DNA of 63,870 bases, the filler included, from Reticulomyxa filosa (taxonomy: Eukaryota; Protista; Foraminifera), in assembly GCA_000512085.1 (NCBI GenBank). It is 21 parts of 21 records of this genome, joined end to end, with 100 filler letters (N's around TTAATTAATTAA, not from the genome) between each part and the next. Parts side by side here need not be neighbours in the genome. Positions count along the whole stretch, not along the records: positions 51,252 to 54,088 come from ASPP01035727.1; positions 54,189 to 55,661 come from ASPP01041540.1; positions 55,762 to 62,365 come from ASPP01027353.1; positions 62,466 to 63,870 come from ASPP01013190.1; 17 more parts are not named here. The stretch is one strand, 5' to 3'. The translations under genes and the position numbers were made by a program. Below the pieces are notes generated by a model that searched no databases, was not told the origin of the DNA, and was given only the letters and a program-made list of their open reading frames with translations. Below, in pieces: positions 51,252 to 63,870 of this stretch; the stretch's first letter is position 1; every line of letters begins with the position of its first letter.

Positions 51252-51618
51252 GCTCAAATTTCTCAAAGACAAGTTTTAATCAGAGGCGTTTGGGAACTGG
51301 AGAAAAAAAACTCTTTTTTTTTTAAATCGATAGTGTGATGCACAAACTTGGTTCCAGGCGACGTCAATTGTATTCACAGTGTCATATGCTTGGAATACTT
51401 CCTTGTAAGCTCCTTTTCCCAATAGACGATTAAACTATCATCAAATTTGATTTTGTTTGTTTTGTTGTTTAAAGAGTGATATTTTAATCTTGTTTCAATA
51501 AATCAAAATGATAAATAAAACAATCGTTTGACATCACTCGTTGGTAGCGTCCATTTATATCGTCTGGTCCAACACCTTCACTTTCTTCTACAATATCGGT
51601 GTTATCATAGTTTGTCAT
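51252..51618 (-). CDS. WNK: WNK (with-no-lysine) family kinase, 5' exons
   Basis: Exon 1 (51618-51538) reads MTNYDNTDIVEESEGVGPDDINGRYQR. Exon 2 (51434-51348) reads FNRLLGKGAYKEVFQAYDTVNTIDVAWNQ. The Lys in the Gly loop and VAWN in place of VAIK are the WNK signature. Confidence 0.82.
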
Positions 51619-52429
51619 TCCAAACAGAATTTTTTTCCTCCTGTCTGGTTTCCGAAAAGATTAATGTTAGTACTTTATCTAATATGGATTTTTATTTTTA
51701 TGTGTTTCACCCATTCTTTAACATTTTTTTGTTAGTTTCTTGTCATAAATTATATAATTACCAAATATTGTGTCTGACAATATTATGTATGTACTGTTCA
51801 AATTTTTCAAAAGTTTCAAGAAAAAGGCTAACTCTAATATTGTCCTTTTAGTTATGGTCAGCGATTTCTGCTGAAAAATTATGAACATTAAATCCACTTA
51901 TGTTTCACAAAGAATGCAAAAAAAAAATAATTTCACTTTTTTTCATCTAGTTCATATCTTGAAATCTTGTCTTTTAAAAGTGATTCTCAGTGTCATTTGA
52001 ATAGTGAGAATACTCGGAAAGGTTGGAAACGTTGGAAGATCGGGAGTTTGAGTTGATATCACGATTTTCACGTACTAAAATAATCCTTCCTATAAAAAAA
52101 CAAACAATTAAATATTGAAATAAGAAAAAAATATATATATAGTTAACTCGTTAGTGGAGCAACTAACACATGAATCCAAAGAAGATTGATAATATAGTGA
52201 TACAAATCATAGCAGGCAATTGATCTTTAATAAAACTAGCAACGTACAACAGAGCGGCAATGCTAACACTTTGAACTAGTAGAATGCCGACATAATAACA
52301 ACAAGTTGAATTCTGGCATTTGAAGATCATTGAGTTTAAGTATATCTTAGCTTGTCTTTTTTTTTCTTGCATGTTCATCTGATGTAAAAAGGGATATTGA
52401 GTTTTTTTTTTTCTAAATGGTAATGAAAG

Positions 52430-52545
52430 ATGTTTTAAAAAATATTTTAACAATGTATTTAATTTTTTTTAATTAAGTCTGAATGTTGTTTTTTCATGAA
52501 AAAAATCAATTATCTATAAGGTGCCGTTTTATGTATCAACTTTAC
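52430..52545 (-). mobile_element. Eroded copy of family B Tc1 TIR
   Basis: AATGTTGTTTTTTCATGAAAAAAATCAATTATCTATAAGGTGCCGTTTTATGTATCAACTTT aligns to 26718-26781. Confidence 0.6.
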
Positions 52546-54044
52546 TTAAAATAATAATAATTTTTCACATATAATATAAATAGCATTTATAAATATTTTC
52601 ACGTGTCAGCATTTTTATCACAAATTCCTAGTTGTAAACTAGCTAGAGTATATATCAAGATATTTCACATAAATATTAGTAAGCTTTACTTTTTCAGTTT
52701 TCTTACTATCAACTTTCGAATAATGTTATATTATTAATATTCAACTGTTATATGATCAATTAATATCGCATTTACTGTTTTTTTGTTCAAAGACAAATGT
52801 ATTACGTACACTTGGGAAGCTACCTTTGAAATCCAGAGTTGTTCATGAAATTCTTTCCACAACGAATGAAAAAAACGTTCAAGTGCTGATGAACATTCCG
52901 TTCAAGTGTTTTCGAATTTCTGAATTCACAAATGAACAGTTGCTTTTTTTTACACAATTTGAGACAGTTCAACACTCAGTTATTGTAAAATTTTACGTAT
53001 CGAATCTATGTTTCGTTTGTAAAAGGTTTTGGCTATACATAAGTTTCAGATACTTAAACTAAAAAAAACTTTCTCCATATGTGCAAAGAAGCGTTTGCAG
53101 ATTCCTTGTTGGTGGTTCCATTGTTTGATAATTTGTCATGACTGTTGCCACATTTTGAGAATGATAGATCTATACATTTTGTGTAGATCCATTATCTTAG
53201 GTCTTCTCGAATCTTGAATATATATTAAGATATGTATGTTCTGAACGATAACTTATCGATGAAAATGTTGACTTTGCAACATTCGTTGACGCTTTTTATG
53301 ATCAATATCGATTTTGTCTTAAATCCCAAAAAGAAATAAAAAGATTTAAGTTTTCGTATGTATATTGTAAATAACACTTATACAAACTGTTTGACAATTG
53401 ATTGCGAAGTAATTGACTTAGATAATATTAATTATTCTCTAAAAACAAAAAAAAAGTTGAATTAAAAGCACTAACATCTACATGCCTTAAATTTTTATTT
53501 ACAATGTATATATGTTCATTAACATTTCATTAAGCCTACTTTTTTATATTGATATAACTAAATTTTCGAACTAGATCAAGAAATGAAATGAATTTTAATT
53601 TGTGTCAGTTTAGAAAAAGAAGACAAAAAAAAGCTATTTTTTCTTTTTTATTTGTTATTTTTTTTATTAAGCGTTAATTTTTTTAGATTTTTAATTAATG
53701 TTGTTTAAAGTTTGCATTAACAACATGAATTTTTTGTTTTAATTTTGTGATAATTGAAGTAATTATGATAATGAGTAAATGAATAATCAATATTTTGTTA
53801 ACAATAAGATTTACTCGTTTTTATACAAAATTTTAAATTATATGTACTTTTGTCATGATTTTAATTATTTTTGAATTTTTATGTCTTTTATTGTATTATC
53901 ATATTTATCTTTTTTAAAATTAACGTTGTACAAATAAATATGTTATTTTCTCAGTATTGTTGCAATGCTGTTGATATATCTGTTTCTTTGTCATATACAT
54001 AGATATCAAATCATCATTTCTCTTTGTTAGACTACTATGTTATT

Positions 54045-54088
54045 TACAGTAGATTGCAAAAAAAACTGCTATACCTAAATGGCACTAT
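54045..54088 (+). mobile_element. Tc1/mariner TIR (family A) at contig end
   Basis: TA+CAGTAGATTGCAAAAAAAACTGCTATACCTAAATGGCACTAT, with 1 mismatch to 20037-20077. Confidence 0.8.
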
Positions 54089-54267
54089 NNNNNNNNNNNN
54101 NNNNNNNNNNNNNNNNNNNNNNNNNNNNNNNNTTAATTAATTAANNNNNNNNNNNNNNNNNNNNNNNNNNNNNNNNNNNNNNNNNNNNATGCCAAAATAC
54201 ATCCTTCAATCACAGATCGGCATCCCATTAACAAAAGTTTCGGACTAGGTGCCAAAAACACTCGAGG

Positions 54268-54361
54268 CCCACCAAATGCCTGGAAATTAATGAAAAAGCC
54301 CACAAAGGTCCGGAAACCAACGAAAAGGCCCACAAAGGCCAGGAAACCAACGAAAAGGCCC
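54268..54361 (+). repeat. 30-bp minisatellite, 3 copies
   Basis: CCCACAAAGGTCCGGAAACCAACGAAAAGG and CCCACAAAGGCCAGGAAACCAACGAAAAGG, plus a diverged first copy. Confidence 0.75.
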
Positions 54362-54799
54362 TGAAACAAAAAAAAATGCTTCAATAATTTTTGTTTTGAG
54401 TGCTATAGTTTTATTTAATTTTGTAAGGTGATAACTGAATTTTTAATTTGATTGATATTTAACCTTCAAAGCATGACGTCACCATTTGCTGAATTCTCGT
54501 AGAGTCTGAGCGGACCCTTGGATTCCCTCTGAGCTGCACAGAGGTGAGCAATGCTACTGTGTGATGATCAAAAAGTTTTGTGGGTTAAATTGATATCATT
54601 TTGAAATGATATAAAATGATGCATTCTCTATTTTTCACCTAAACAAATTCTAAAATAAAATTATTGCTTCAATGTTGAAGCTTGGATGTTATTTGTTGGT
54701 TACTTTTTGTAACGTATTGTATTATTTAGTACTGAGTGAGATACTTATTTTACAATATTTTGCCTTGTTGTCAATTCAACAATTACATTCTCCCACGCT

Positions 54800-55661
54800 A
54801 AAAAAAAAATATCTGTTTATTGCAAGAAGGATTTAGATCAAAGAAGAGGGATATCGATTATAATTTCCAGTATCTATACGTTCATCACTGGAGTGAGACA
54901 CTCAATACCACGATCATTCAATAATGTGACTGATACATTTAATGCATTTGGTTATGAATCGTGTTGGGTGGAAATTTCATGTTCTGATCAAAAGAGATCG
55001 TTATTGTTCTGCAGTTTCTATCGAAATATGCAGTGTAGCCACTTTAATATTCAAGCATTCGAGCAAGGATTACAATATGCTCAGAAAATTACTCATTGGA
55101 GGAGATTAGAATGCACATCCTGTCATAATACAGACGATGTGGGTGAGTGTATTATCGATTTTATTGTATCCAATGGACAACATATTTTAAATACAATGCC
55201 ATTTGACAGCACATTCATGAAAGATAATCCGACATCAAGTATTGATATCACAATCTATTCCAAAGCTGCCAAGCAATTGCGAAGGATATCGCAATTAGAA
55301 AAACATCAACATATGGTAAACAGTATCAATTCGCTGCAAAAAAAATAAAAATTTTTATGGTTAGTATTTCCAGTTGCTACTTATAAGTGTCAATATAATC
55401 AAAAAGCTCGCAGGAAAGCGTCGCAATTGCAGCCAGATTTGAATCAACAACACCGATCAGCTGCATTCCTGAATAATCAGGGATTGAATCCCTATTTCAA
55501 GACATGTGATGCTCCAATATTTCTTATCTAACCTGATGGAAGCACAATCATTTGAGAAGATTGTTATGCATTCATTGACATTTAGTGAAACATCCAAAAA
55601 TCAAAAATCAGAGTCTCTTGATTGTATTTGGTGTGAAGAAGAGACTGTCGAACATTTCTTG
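54800..55661 (+). mobile_element. Degenerate non-LTR retrotransposon (AP-endonuclease and C-terminal Zn-knuckle remnants)
   Basis: ICLLQEG, YESCWVEI, LFCSFYRN, IGGD*NAH, GQHILN and SSIDIT are APE motifs. CIWCEEETVEHFL sits at the contig end. Stops and frameshifts are present and no RT domain lies between the two parts. Confidence 0.78.
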
Positions 55662-56659
55662 NNNNNNNNNNNNNNNNNNNNNNNNNNNNNNNNNNNNNNN
55701 NNNNNTTAATTAATTAANNNNNNNNNNNNNNNNNNNNNNNNNNNNNNNNNNNNNNNNNNNNAGTTCGGTTTCATAAGTGATCTGTACGTCTCCGCTTTGT
55801 TTGAAATTGCAGATGGTTTGTTGATATTGACATTGACATTGGAAGAGACAAGCAAAGAATGAGAAACATCTTTCTTTGTTAAACTTTGCTCTTCCACACT
55901 TTTAGAAGATACTCACATCTAGTATCTTGATTTCTTCATTTGCTGTTTTTTCTGTTGTCGTTGTCATTGTTGGTAGTATCGATTTCAGTGCCAGTGCAGC
56001 TGCAGTCGTCGTTGATGGGTCGATTTGTACTTCATTTTTGTTACATGCATTAGCATTGATGCTACCATTGTCATTATCATTCCTTGCCTTTTCTTGCTCA
56101 TTTGAAGGAACAACATTATTGTCAATAATGATATTGTTATTATTATTTTTGTTAGTATTAACATTGGTATTGGTATTGGAAGCAGTATGATCGATAATTG
56201 GAGAAGCCTTTGATGGTATTCAGATCTCATTGTTGCGACATATTAACTAATTTCCAACTTGAAAGTGTTTTTCTTTTCCACAACTACCGCTGGTGGTGCG
56301 GCTGACAATAAATGTGGCGATTGTTCGCTTTTGTCCTCATGTTCGATCTGCAAGATCTTGTTGTCGTTTTGATCATCAGGTAGCAATGCAAACAACATAT
56401 TAAACTCTTTTTCCATCGCATTTAGTTCCTTCTTCTTTCTGTCTTTGCGTTTTCACTTCCACTTGTATATGCATTATTGCTATTATTATTATCATTGCTA
56501 TTGCTGTTGCAATGTTTCTTTTTCAAACACTTCCCAATTAAATAGCATCTAATCCAACTCGTTATGTTTGTCTTCTTCTTTATACATTGCTCTATCTCTA
56601 TCTTTGTCATTATCATTGTTATGATCTTTATCGCTATCGATCCCACTTCAGTTGTTCCT

Positions 56660-57076
56660 GTTGTGTCTGTTGTATTTGTTGTATTTGTATAAAAAGGTAA
56701 AATGAGTTGGCTTGTGAAAAACTGTAGTGACTACAGGTTTCGCATATTCTAACTTAAGTTAGAACTAATGTTAGATAATAATATTGCCCACCTTATCAAG
56801 AGAACATATAGCATATTTTGGATTGCCTGCACTTAGTGCGCACATGGTGATCAGAAGAGAAAAACATCGTATATGTCTTCAACCTATGGTCTCCAGCCAC
56901 CATCTGACCATGTGCAATGGGCTCCGAGTTTGTGGAACAACATACATTATCTTAGTTGGCTTGGTTAAAATAGTATTGAACTCCAGAGTTTACTATTTAA
57001 CGCAAGCTAACTCATTTTATTTTTTTCCCTTTTTATATATACAACATTTACAACATTTACAACATTTACAACATTT
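56660..57076. mobile_element. Putative non-autonomous element with inverted ends and a subterminal hairpin
   Basis: The left arm TATAAAAAGGTAAAATGAGTTGGCTTG (56688-56714) is inverted at 57003-57037. An imperfect palindrome spans 56954-57012. The flanking 9-bp subrepeats are also in inverted orientation. Confidence 0.5.
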
Positions 57077-59644
57077 TCGACATTTTATTATTGTCGATTT
57101 CTAAACTAATGTTGTTGTTGTTGCTTTTGTTTTTTATTATTATTATTATTTTTGTTGTTACTGTTGTTGTTGTTGTTATTATTTTTATTGTCATTGTTAT
57201 TGTTGGTGTCATCAGTATTGATGTTGTCATTATTTGACATTAAAACACCTTGTAAGCCTTTGTACAACCCAAACAAAAGATTGTCGTAGTTAGCCTACAT
57301 TTAGTCACTGTTATCAATGCTAAAAAGCAATTTTGACATTGACAAAATCGTAGAATTTATCTAAATGAGATTATGACTTAACTGTTGTAGAATGCATGTC
57401 GTTAAAGATGAATAGAAGACTTCGAATTGAATGTTTATTATTGTTATGATGAATGATTGAAGACACCAATAAATAATATGATTTATATACCAAATGTTTC
57501 ATCATTTGTTTCGTTCACTTTTTTGTAATGATATTTAAGCTTGTTTTTTTGGATTCTGTTGTTCATTCGGCAGTTGGATAATGTAATGTGCTTTTAGTAT
57601 TTGCTTTTTGCATGCTTGTCAATACCATTTGTGCGCTATCATTGTTGTCACTGTTATAATTTATGGTACATATCAATATTTCAAAACTTTCTACAATACA
57701 GTAAATCACATTATATGTTGAGTACAATTGTTTATTATAACACATTTTATATATTTTATTAAAATATAGCATACATTATAAATTTATTAACATACACATA
57801 TATATGTAAATATACATTTATAAATTTATAATATTTTGTAAATAGAAAACCACATAGTCAACAACACTCGAATCCAGTCCACTTAGCACTTCATCTAGCG
57901 ATACATCGAAACATGTTTGACAAATCTATATTTTATACACTTGACTGTGTGCATTGTCCTTGATGTATTGTTTTGTTTCTTCGTTTTTTTGTCTTATGCA
58001 ATTAGAGAGCATTTGTAACAAAACAAACTTGCACATACATATTCGAATTTTTGTAAAGCAATACCAAACATCTAATCCACACTGACTTGCCTTGGAACGC
58101 TTCTATATGTCTTTGACTAGCGTGGTGAACACTCGCGAAATCATGATTTAAACGTTTCAAAGACACTGTGATGTTGTCCTTGAACTCCTTCAGATTCAAC
58201 ATGTTCGACTTGGACGTGTTCACTTAGTCGAACACAAAGTTGATCTAATCAACAGTCAGTTTCACTACTATACATTACATTCCTTCTTTAAACTGACTTT
58301 TGTTTAACGCCCACACTTTCGATACAAACAAGTTCAATGACGTTTCCAGCGTTTTGTTCAGTTTGCGACGATGATATTCTGCAACTTTCTAACTTTTTTT
58401 TTTAGATAAAATAAAATTATAAAAAAACTTCGTAGTAGTCTTTGACATACTTTCGTAAAATAATCGAAGCATTGACATTGATCGTAAAAGCTTGTTTGAA
58501 ATAATAAAAACACAAATAATTTTTGTTATTACAGTCCAAAATTTCCTCAAATAAGAGCATTTCTACTGACGCTGATACCCAAGTTATTAATGTCCAAGTC
58601 ATTGCCATTATTGACGTCGTCTTGTTTGAGTGCTTTCTCCAAAAGATATTAATTTTTTTGCGAATGACAATAAGATACTACATTGTCACAAACTCACTCT
58701 TTGTCATTGTTGTTCAGTTTCTCATCCGACATTTTTTTCGCGTCATATCAATTTCTTGTCTGCTTTCATGTATTTGTTTCGACATCAGTCGACATCCCAT
58801 TGGATTTGTACATTTGCTTCCTCATCATTTTATTTTGTTTGTCCTTGTCTCTGTTCACTGTGTCCTTTCTTTCCCTTTGTTTAGCAAATATTTATGATTT
58901 ATCTTTTTTTGTAATATGACAAATAAAAAAAAAAGGGATTACAATCTTTTTTTTTTGCTTAGTATGTATATGTATATGCATATAACCGAACTTCTAACAA
59001 ACGATTCCGCAACTCCACTCATTCACGACTACTTTGTACCAACCACACCTCCACAATCAATGATATACATTCAGTTCCCACAAATAAATTGTCATATGAT
59101 TTGGCAAATAATTTGAACAAATTCTTTTTGATACTTCCATCCAACAACTTATAATAATTGTTTTGTTTGAGTATATCCAATGATGAATAAATAGTTTCTC
59201 GTAACCATTCACCCAAATTTGCCAAAAATAAATTGATTCCACCTAACAACTTATCTATTTTTTTAGAATTTTTGTTATTTTATTGAATATTATTAACAAA
59301 AATTAAATGTATTGATCATATGAATTTGTAATATTTTTACTCTTCATCATCTTTGTTTTCCTTGTTCTCGTCATGTTTGTCTTGGTTGACATTTTTCAGA
59401 CCCAACAATATTTCAGAGTGTTAACAATCGAACCAACTTGATGTAGTTTGTGGTATCTTGTCAATCTTTCTATTATTCGATGTTCCACATGCAATCCAAA
59501 TCACTAATTAATTGAGTTATATTATCGGTCGACACAATACAAACCCCAACAATGGTACATATCAACAGTAAACATATTATCTTACATTTCTTCAAAAAAA
59601 AACAAACAACAAAGCAAAGACGAAACATTGTAGCTATAATGTAT

Positions 59645-62365
59645 TCATTCACTCAAACTAGTCAATTCTCTCATTTGAGTTAACACATTTTTGGGCTTGG
59701 TCATGTCTAAGTAAAACTTTGATATGCTATGTTTCTTAAGTTCGAATATCGTGAAGTCAATGGCATTTTTGATGAATCTGCAAATTGCCAAAACCAGTAA
59801 ATACATTGCTTTGCGATTTTCTCGAATAAATGCTTTCAATCATTGACAGCAGCTTCTCACATGCACTTCCGTACCCGATTGTTGTTGATGCATCAAGGTC
59901 ATATAAAATAATACCATGACGATACATATTTGAATATCAGTATCTTCGGAATTCAAAAATGGACATACACTAGCAATAACATGATGATTCATCAATTGTT
60001 GTATTCCTTCTGCATTTCTGGACAACTCTACAATGCTTTCAATATTTTATTAAAATGTGTTTGCGTGCTCCATGAGTCATTAAATTCTTTTCAAGCTGAG
60101 GCAGCGTCGACAACAATGCTATATTATTTATTTATAAAAAAAAACATGTTACAACAAACAAACAAATTACATGATATAAAACTCACTTGCTATCAACAAG
60201 TAACTGGGCAATACTCCATGCTTCATTTCCTTACTAATGGTGCGCTTCACCACTCGATCGATAATTTCAGCCACTTTAAAAAAGATTTGTGCCATTTTCT
60301 CTTCTTATTCAATAGCTTTGTTGGAATCGGAAATGTTATTGACAGTGCCACATAATCGAGTCATCAACATGCAAGATTCTGTCCTTTGTAAAAAGACGTA
60401 CCAAGTCTATCTTGTTGTGTAACAGACTGAAGAAGATCATAGAAATGCAGTCCAAGGCGCAGAAGATCAAAGGTTTGTTTCCTCTTGAGTACTTTTTTTT
60501 CAAGGCGCTGGCCAAAATATTCAAGCCACCACTGGCAATAAACATTTTTCGTGAAAAAGCAGACATGTTTCTCTTGTCACACAAGCGCGTTAAAAATGGA
60601 GATGCTGCATTGGCAATGTCTGAGTTATCGCTATTCAATATCTCTCCCAAGGATGGCACAAATTGTACCAAGCACGATGAATCTAAAAACTTTTTACCAT
60701 TTTTGGCGTCATTGATCAACAATGTGATTGTCCTTGTCACACATTTGACCACTTCGACATTACGAGATTGCAACAATTCCATGATTGGGATAACTGCAAT
60801 TTTTATTATATCATTCAACTATTGACAACATACGTATACATAAACATTATATACATCATGAAAATATTTAAATTAGGAATATGATTTTATAAACAAAACA
60901 AAACAAATAAAAAAAACAAACTAAGTCAGGTCGGGCTTTGAAAGATTCTTCAATATCTTTAAATGCTTCCTGGACCTCTGCAACATTGATATTTTCCATA
61001 TGTGCTCCACTGCTTTCAGTGATCAATTCGTCCAGTTTTTTCAAAGAATCATGGATGTTCTTTCCGTCTTGATACTCATCATTGCCATCATCTTCTTCTC
61101 CCCAGTCATCGTCCTCCGATTCATCCTGTTGTGGGAAGTTGTCTTCAAGCCCATCAAAGTCCACAACTTCATCGCTAAACATCTTATCAACTCTCCTTCA
61201 TCTTCCACAAACTTGTCATTCACTTATGTCCCTTCTTCTTTTCATTATCATCGGGTGATAATTCGTCGCCTTCTTTCAAAGTCTTGGTTTTGGCCTTCGC
61301 GGCGTTTGGTTTGGCTTGAGGTTTGTGCTTCACCACATCGTTTACACTGCCGTCTTTTTTATCAATGTACGATGTGGGCACTCCTGGATTTACCACGTCA
61401 TTTGTATTATCATCATCTGACTCTTCACTTTTTTTTTGACTGGTTTTTCCGATCCTGTCTTTCCAGTTTTTTCTTTTTTTTTATTTTTAATTTCTGGATT
61501 TCTTCAAGCTGTTCCATGGTATACTTGAAAGTACTTTTCAATGTATTGAGGTCTTCCTTGTCATCGTCTGATGCCTCACTATCTTCCTCATCATCTTCAT
61601 GTGAATCTACTTTTGATGTATTTTGATCCGATGGTACTTGTGATGTGTTTTCTGCTATTTTTTGTTCGCTCTGTGTTTTTGTGGTCACATCTCCAGGCTT
61701 CGACAATATGTACATTTGCTCCTGTATTGCTTTGTTCTGCTGTTTGTTCTCCTACTCCTCCTACTATCTCTTCTTTGTTCTTGTCAGTTTGTTTTTTTGG
61801 TTGGGCCTCACTAGCTTCATCTGACGAACTCAATGTTTCTTTTCCACTTCCCACGTCGCTTATCTCACCGTCGCTTTGTACTGGAGGATTTTTGCTGTCT
61901 TGTGCGCTTTCAATTTTTTTGTTGGCTTTTTTGACTTGTTCTTCTTGTCCATGCCTGCCCACTGCAAAAACGCTTCATGCTCTTCAAACGTCAATGTCTT
62001 TGAAAACCACTCCATTTTTATCAATTCTTCTGCATTAGCACGATGTTGGGCTTCTTTCACGAAACAACGATTTAAAAATCCTTCAAACAACTATTTTATT
62101 ATTGTTATTATTATATATATTTTTTTAAAAATCAACAAATTATGTTTTAATGTTTAATTAATTTATATATCATAAATATCAATTTGCAATACAAATATAC
62201 AGATTATACAAATATGCAAATACATACACATAAACATAACTTGAGAGATTTGAAGGGGATAAGGTGGATGTCTATCTTGGACAATTCGGAACAAAGCATT
62301 AAGTAACTGCACGCTGAAATAAGGAGGATGTCCTTTGAACACTTCGATTGCCGTTGCGCCAACTT
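59645..62365 (-). CDS. Cdc15/Cdc7/SepA/MAP3K-epsilon-like Ser/Thr kinase with ARM repeats (5' truncated)
   Basis: The kinase C-lobe reads VGATAIEVFKGHPPYFSVQLLNALFRIVQDRHPPYP...FLNRCFVKEAQHRANAEELIKMEWF. ALFRIVQD.HPP is typical of this family. An acidic linker and ARM-like exons (FIASGGLNILASAL) follow. Confidence 0.75.
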
Positions 62366-62509
62366 NNNNNNNNNNNNNNNNNNNNNNNNNNNNNNNNNNN
62401 NNNNNNNNNTTAATTAATTAANNNNNNNNNNNNNNNNNNNNNNNNNNNNNNNNNNNNNNNNNNNNAAAAAAAAAAAAAAAAAATTGTTAGTGTGTTCATT
62501 TATTGCAAA

Positions 62510-63830
62510 TTGAACGAAAGTAATAAAACTCACCGCAGTTGTATGATAGAGTAGCCAACAAACATTGTACGCAATCCTCTGGCCGGTGTACCGATAGCGA
62601 GCCAAGGCAAAATCAACAGTGCGTTTGCGTGTGGACCTTTTTTTTGGGTGGCGATCAAAAAACTCAAAGGTATTTCGATTGGTCGGTGTCTGTTTCATAA
62701 ACGAACTTATACTGCCACACAGCCAATGCATGAAATTGTCCAGCGCAATCCCAAGCAAGTTATGTGTCCGACACACGTCACGTGACACCATTGCGTCCGA
62801 TGCCATCCATCCGGAATAATTAAACACGTTTTGGGTTTGTGTTATCAGATGCAAATGAGAAGATAATTTGTCATACGCAAACGTAAGCACCTGACACGCT
62901 CGCTTTTTCATTTCTGGAACGCACATCCAGCTAAACCATATCTGAGTTAGAGCTTCTCGATAGCGTCTTTAAAAAAAAAAAAAAAAATCTGAGTCATTTA
63001 CATATATCATATATGTACACATAAATATATATACATATATACGTATATATGTATATATGTATATATGTATATATGTATATATAAATATAATAAACGACGA
63101 TACGCAACAATCCCAAGGCAAAGTCATTGAGAATGAAATGCCAAATTGGAGTCTTGGTTTCGTGAATAAAATCGTGTGTTTTGAATCGATTGTGAAAATC
63201 GTGAGCGACCCATTGACCGGAGCATTCTTGACTGGCCTTTTCGTCCCAATTGTGTCCTCGTCAACCCATCCCGGAATTGTCACCTCCCATGACTTACGGC
63301 GGTCAAAGAAGGGATGATCCCAATGTCCCAACTTGTCCACGTCTTCCATCATGCACTGCGAAAAGATGCGGCGCATCACCTCGCTCGATAGCCATGACGC
63401 CATGCACTTGAGCATTTCCAGCACAAACTCGTTGGACAGCACACGCACGTAGCCGTCCGTTGGTGCCTTCAACACGCTTGTTTTCATCCCTTTTCCTTCC
63501 CATTGCTTTGCTTGCGCAAGCAAGAAAATATGGAGTGGTTTCATTATAATTTTTCAGATACGCGTACGCGCATGCATATGTGTACGTGTGCATATACACA
63601 TATGTATAAATGTAAATGAGGATTGAGACTCTTTGGAATGATTTTGAGAAAAAGAGGAATGAGTGACAAAAAAAAAAAAAAAAAATGAAAACTGTTTTCA
63701 TTTCCTGGAGCGCTGCTGCATCGCAAGACACTAGCGAACAAGTTTTTCCAAGCATTTGTATTCTCCATGCGACGTCTGAATTGTCATCATTCGTGCAATT
63801 CATTGCCTTTGCAGCAATATTGGTCTCTTA
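62510..63830 (-). CDS. Helical protein fragment, possibly UBR1/PRT6-type N-recognin E3 ligase
   Basis: Multi-exon coding blocks. RTHNLLGIAL...RYTGQRIAYNVCWLLYH only loosely recalls the UBR central region, so this is a weak call. Confidence 0.3.
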
Positions 63831-63870
63831 CAAAAAAAAAAAAAAAAAAAAAGTTTAATCAAAGAAAAAG

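Noticed and set aside
57880-59400. Fragmentary minus-strand protein-like blocks
   Set aside because: They are interrupted by stops and no family is recognised, so they are left unannotated.

Overview
This window is not one locus. It is 21 short draft-assembly contigs joined by 20 identical artificial 100-bp linkers (44 N + TTAATTAATTAA + 44 N), so neighbourhood across linkers means nothing. Twenty contigs come from an AT-rich, intron-rich protist with long homopolymer runs and expanded WD40 families. The style strongly resembles the foraminiferan Reticulomyxa filosa (inference). One contig (4922-6218) is a GC-rich bacterial ABC-transporter fragment. Recognisable eukaryotic genes, mostly partial: a CYP86/704-like P450, centrin, PSMD5, MCM3, a DUF924-like/TilS fusion, serine palmitoyltransferase LCB2, a WNK kinase, a Cdc15/MAP3K-epsilon-like kinase, a RING/TRAF-WD40 protein and several WD40 paralogues. 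There are also many Tc1/mariner relics and a LINE relic. The best candidate for an undescribed system is an intronless NLR-like STAND gene (13683-18667): Zn-ribbon, RelA/SpoT-like (alarmone synthetase fold) domain, NACHT, pentapeptide, then 14 near-identical WD40 repeats with hypervariable positions. It looks like a protist immune or allorecognition receptor with a nucleotide-signal or toxin effector. Other notable items are a codon-scrambled perfect peptide-repeat protein and introns bracketed by complementary poly-T/poly-A tracts. All calls are motif recognition by eye; no searches were run.
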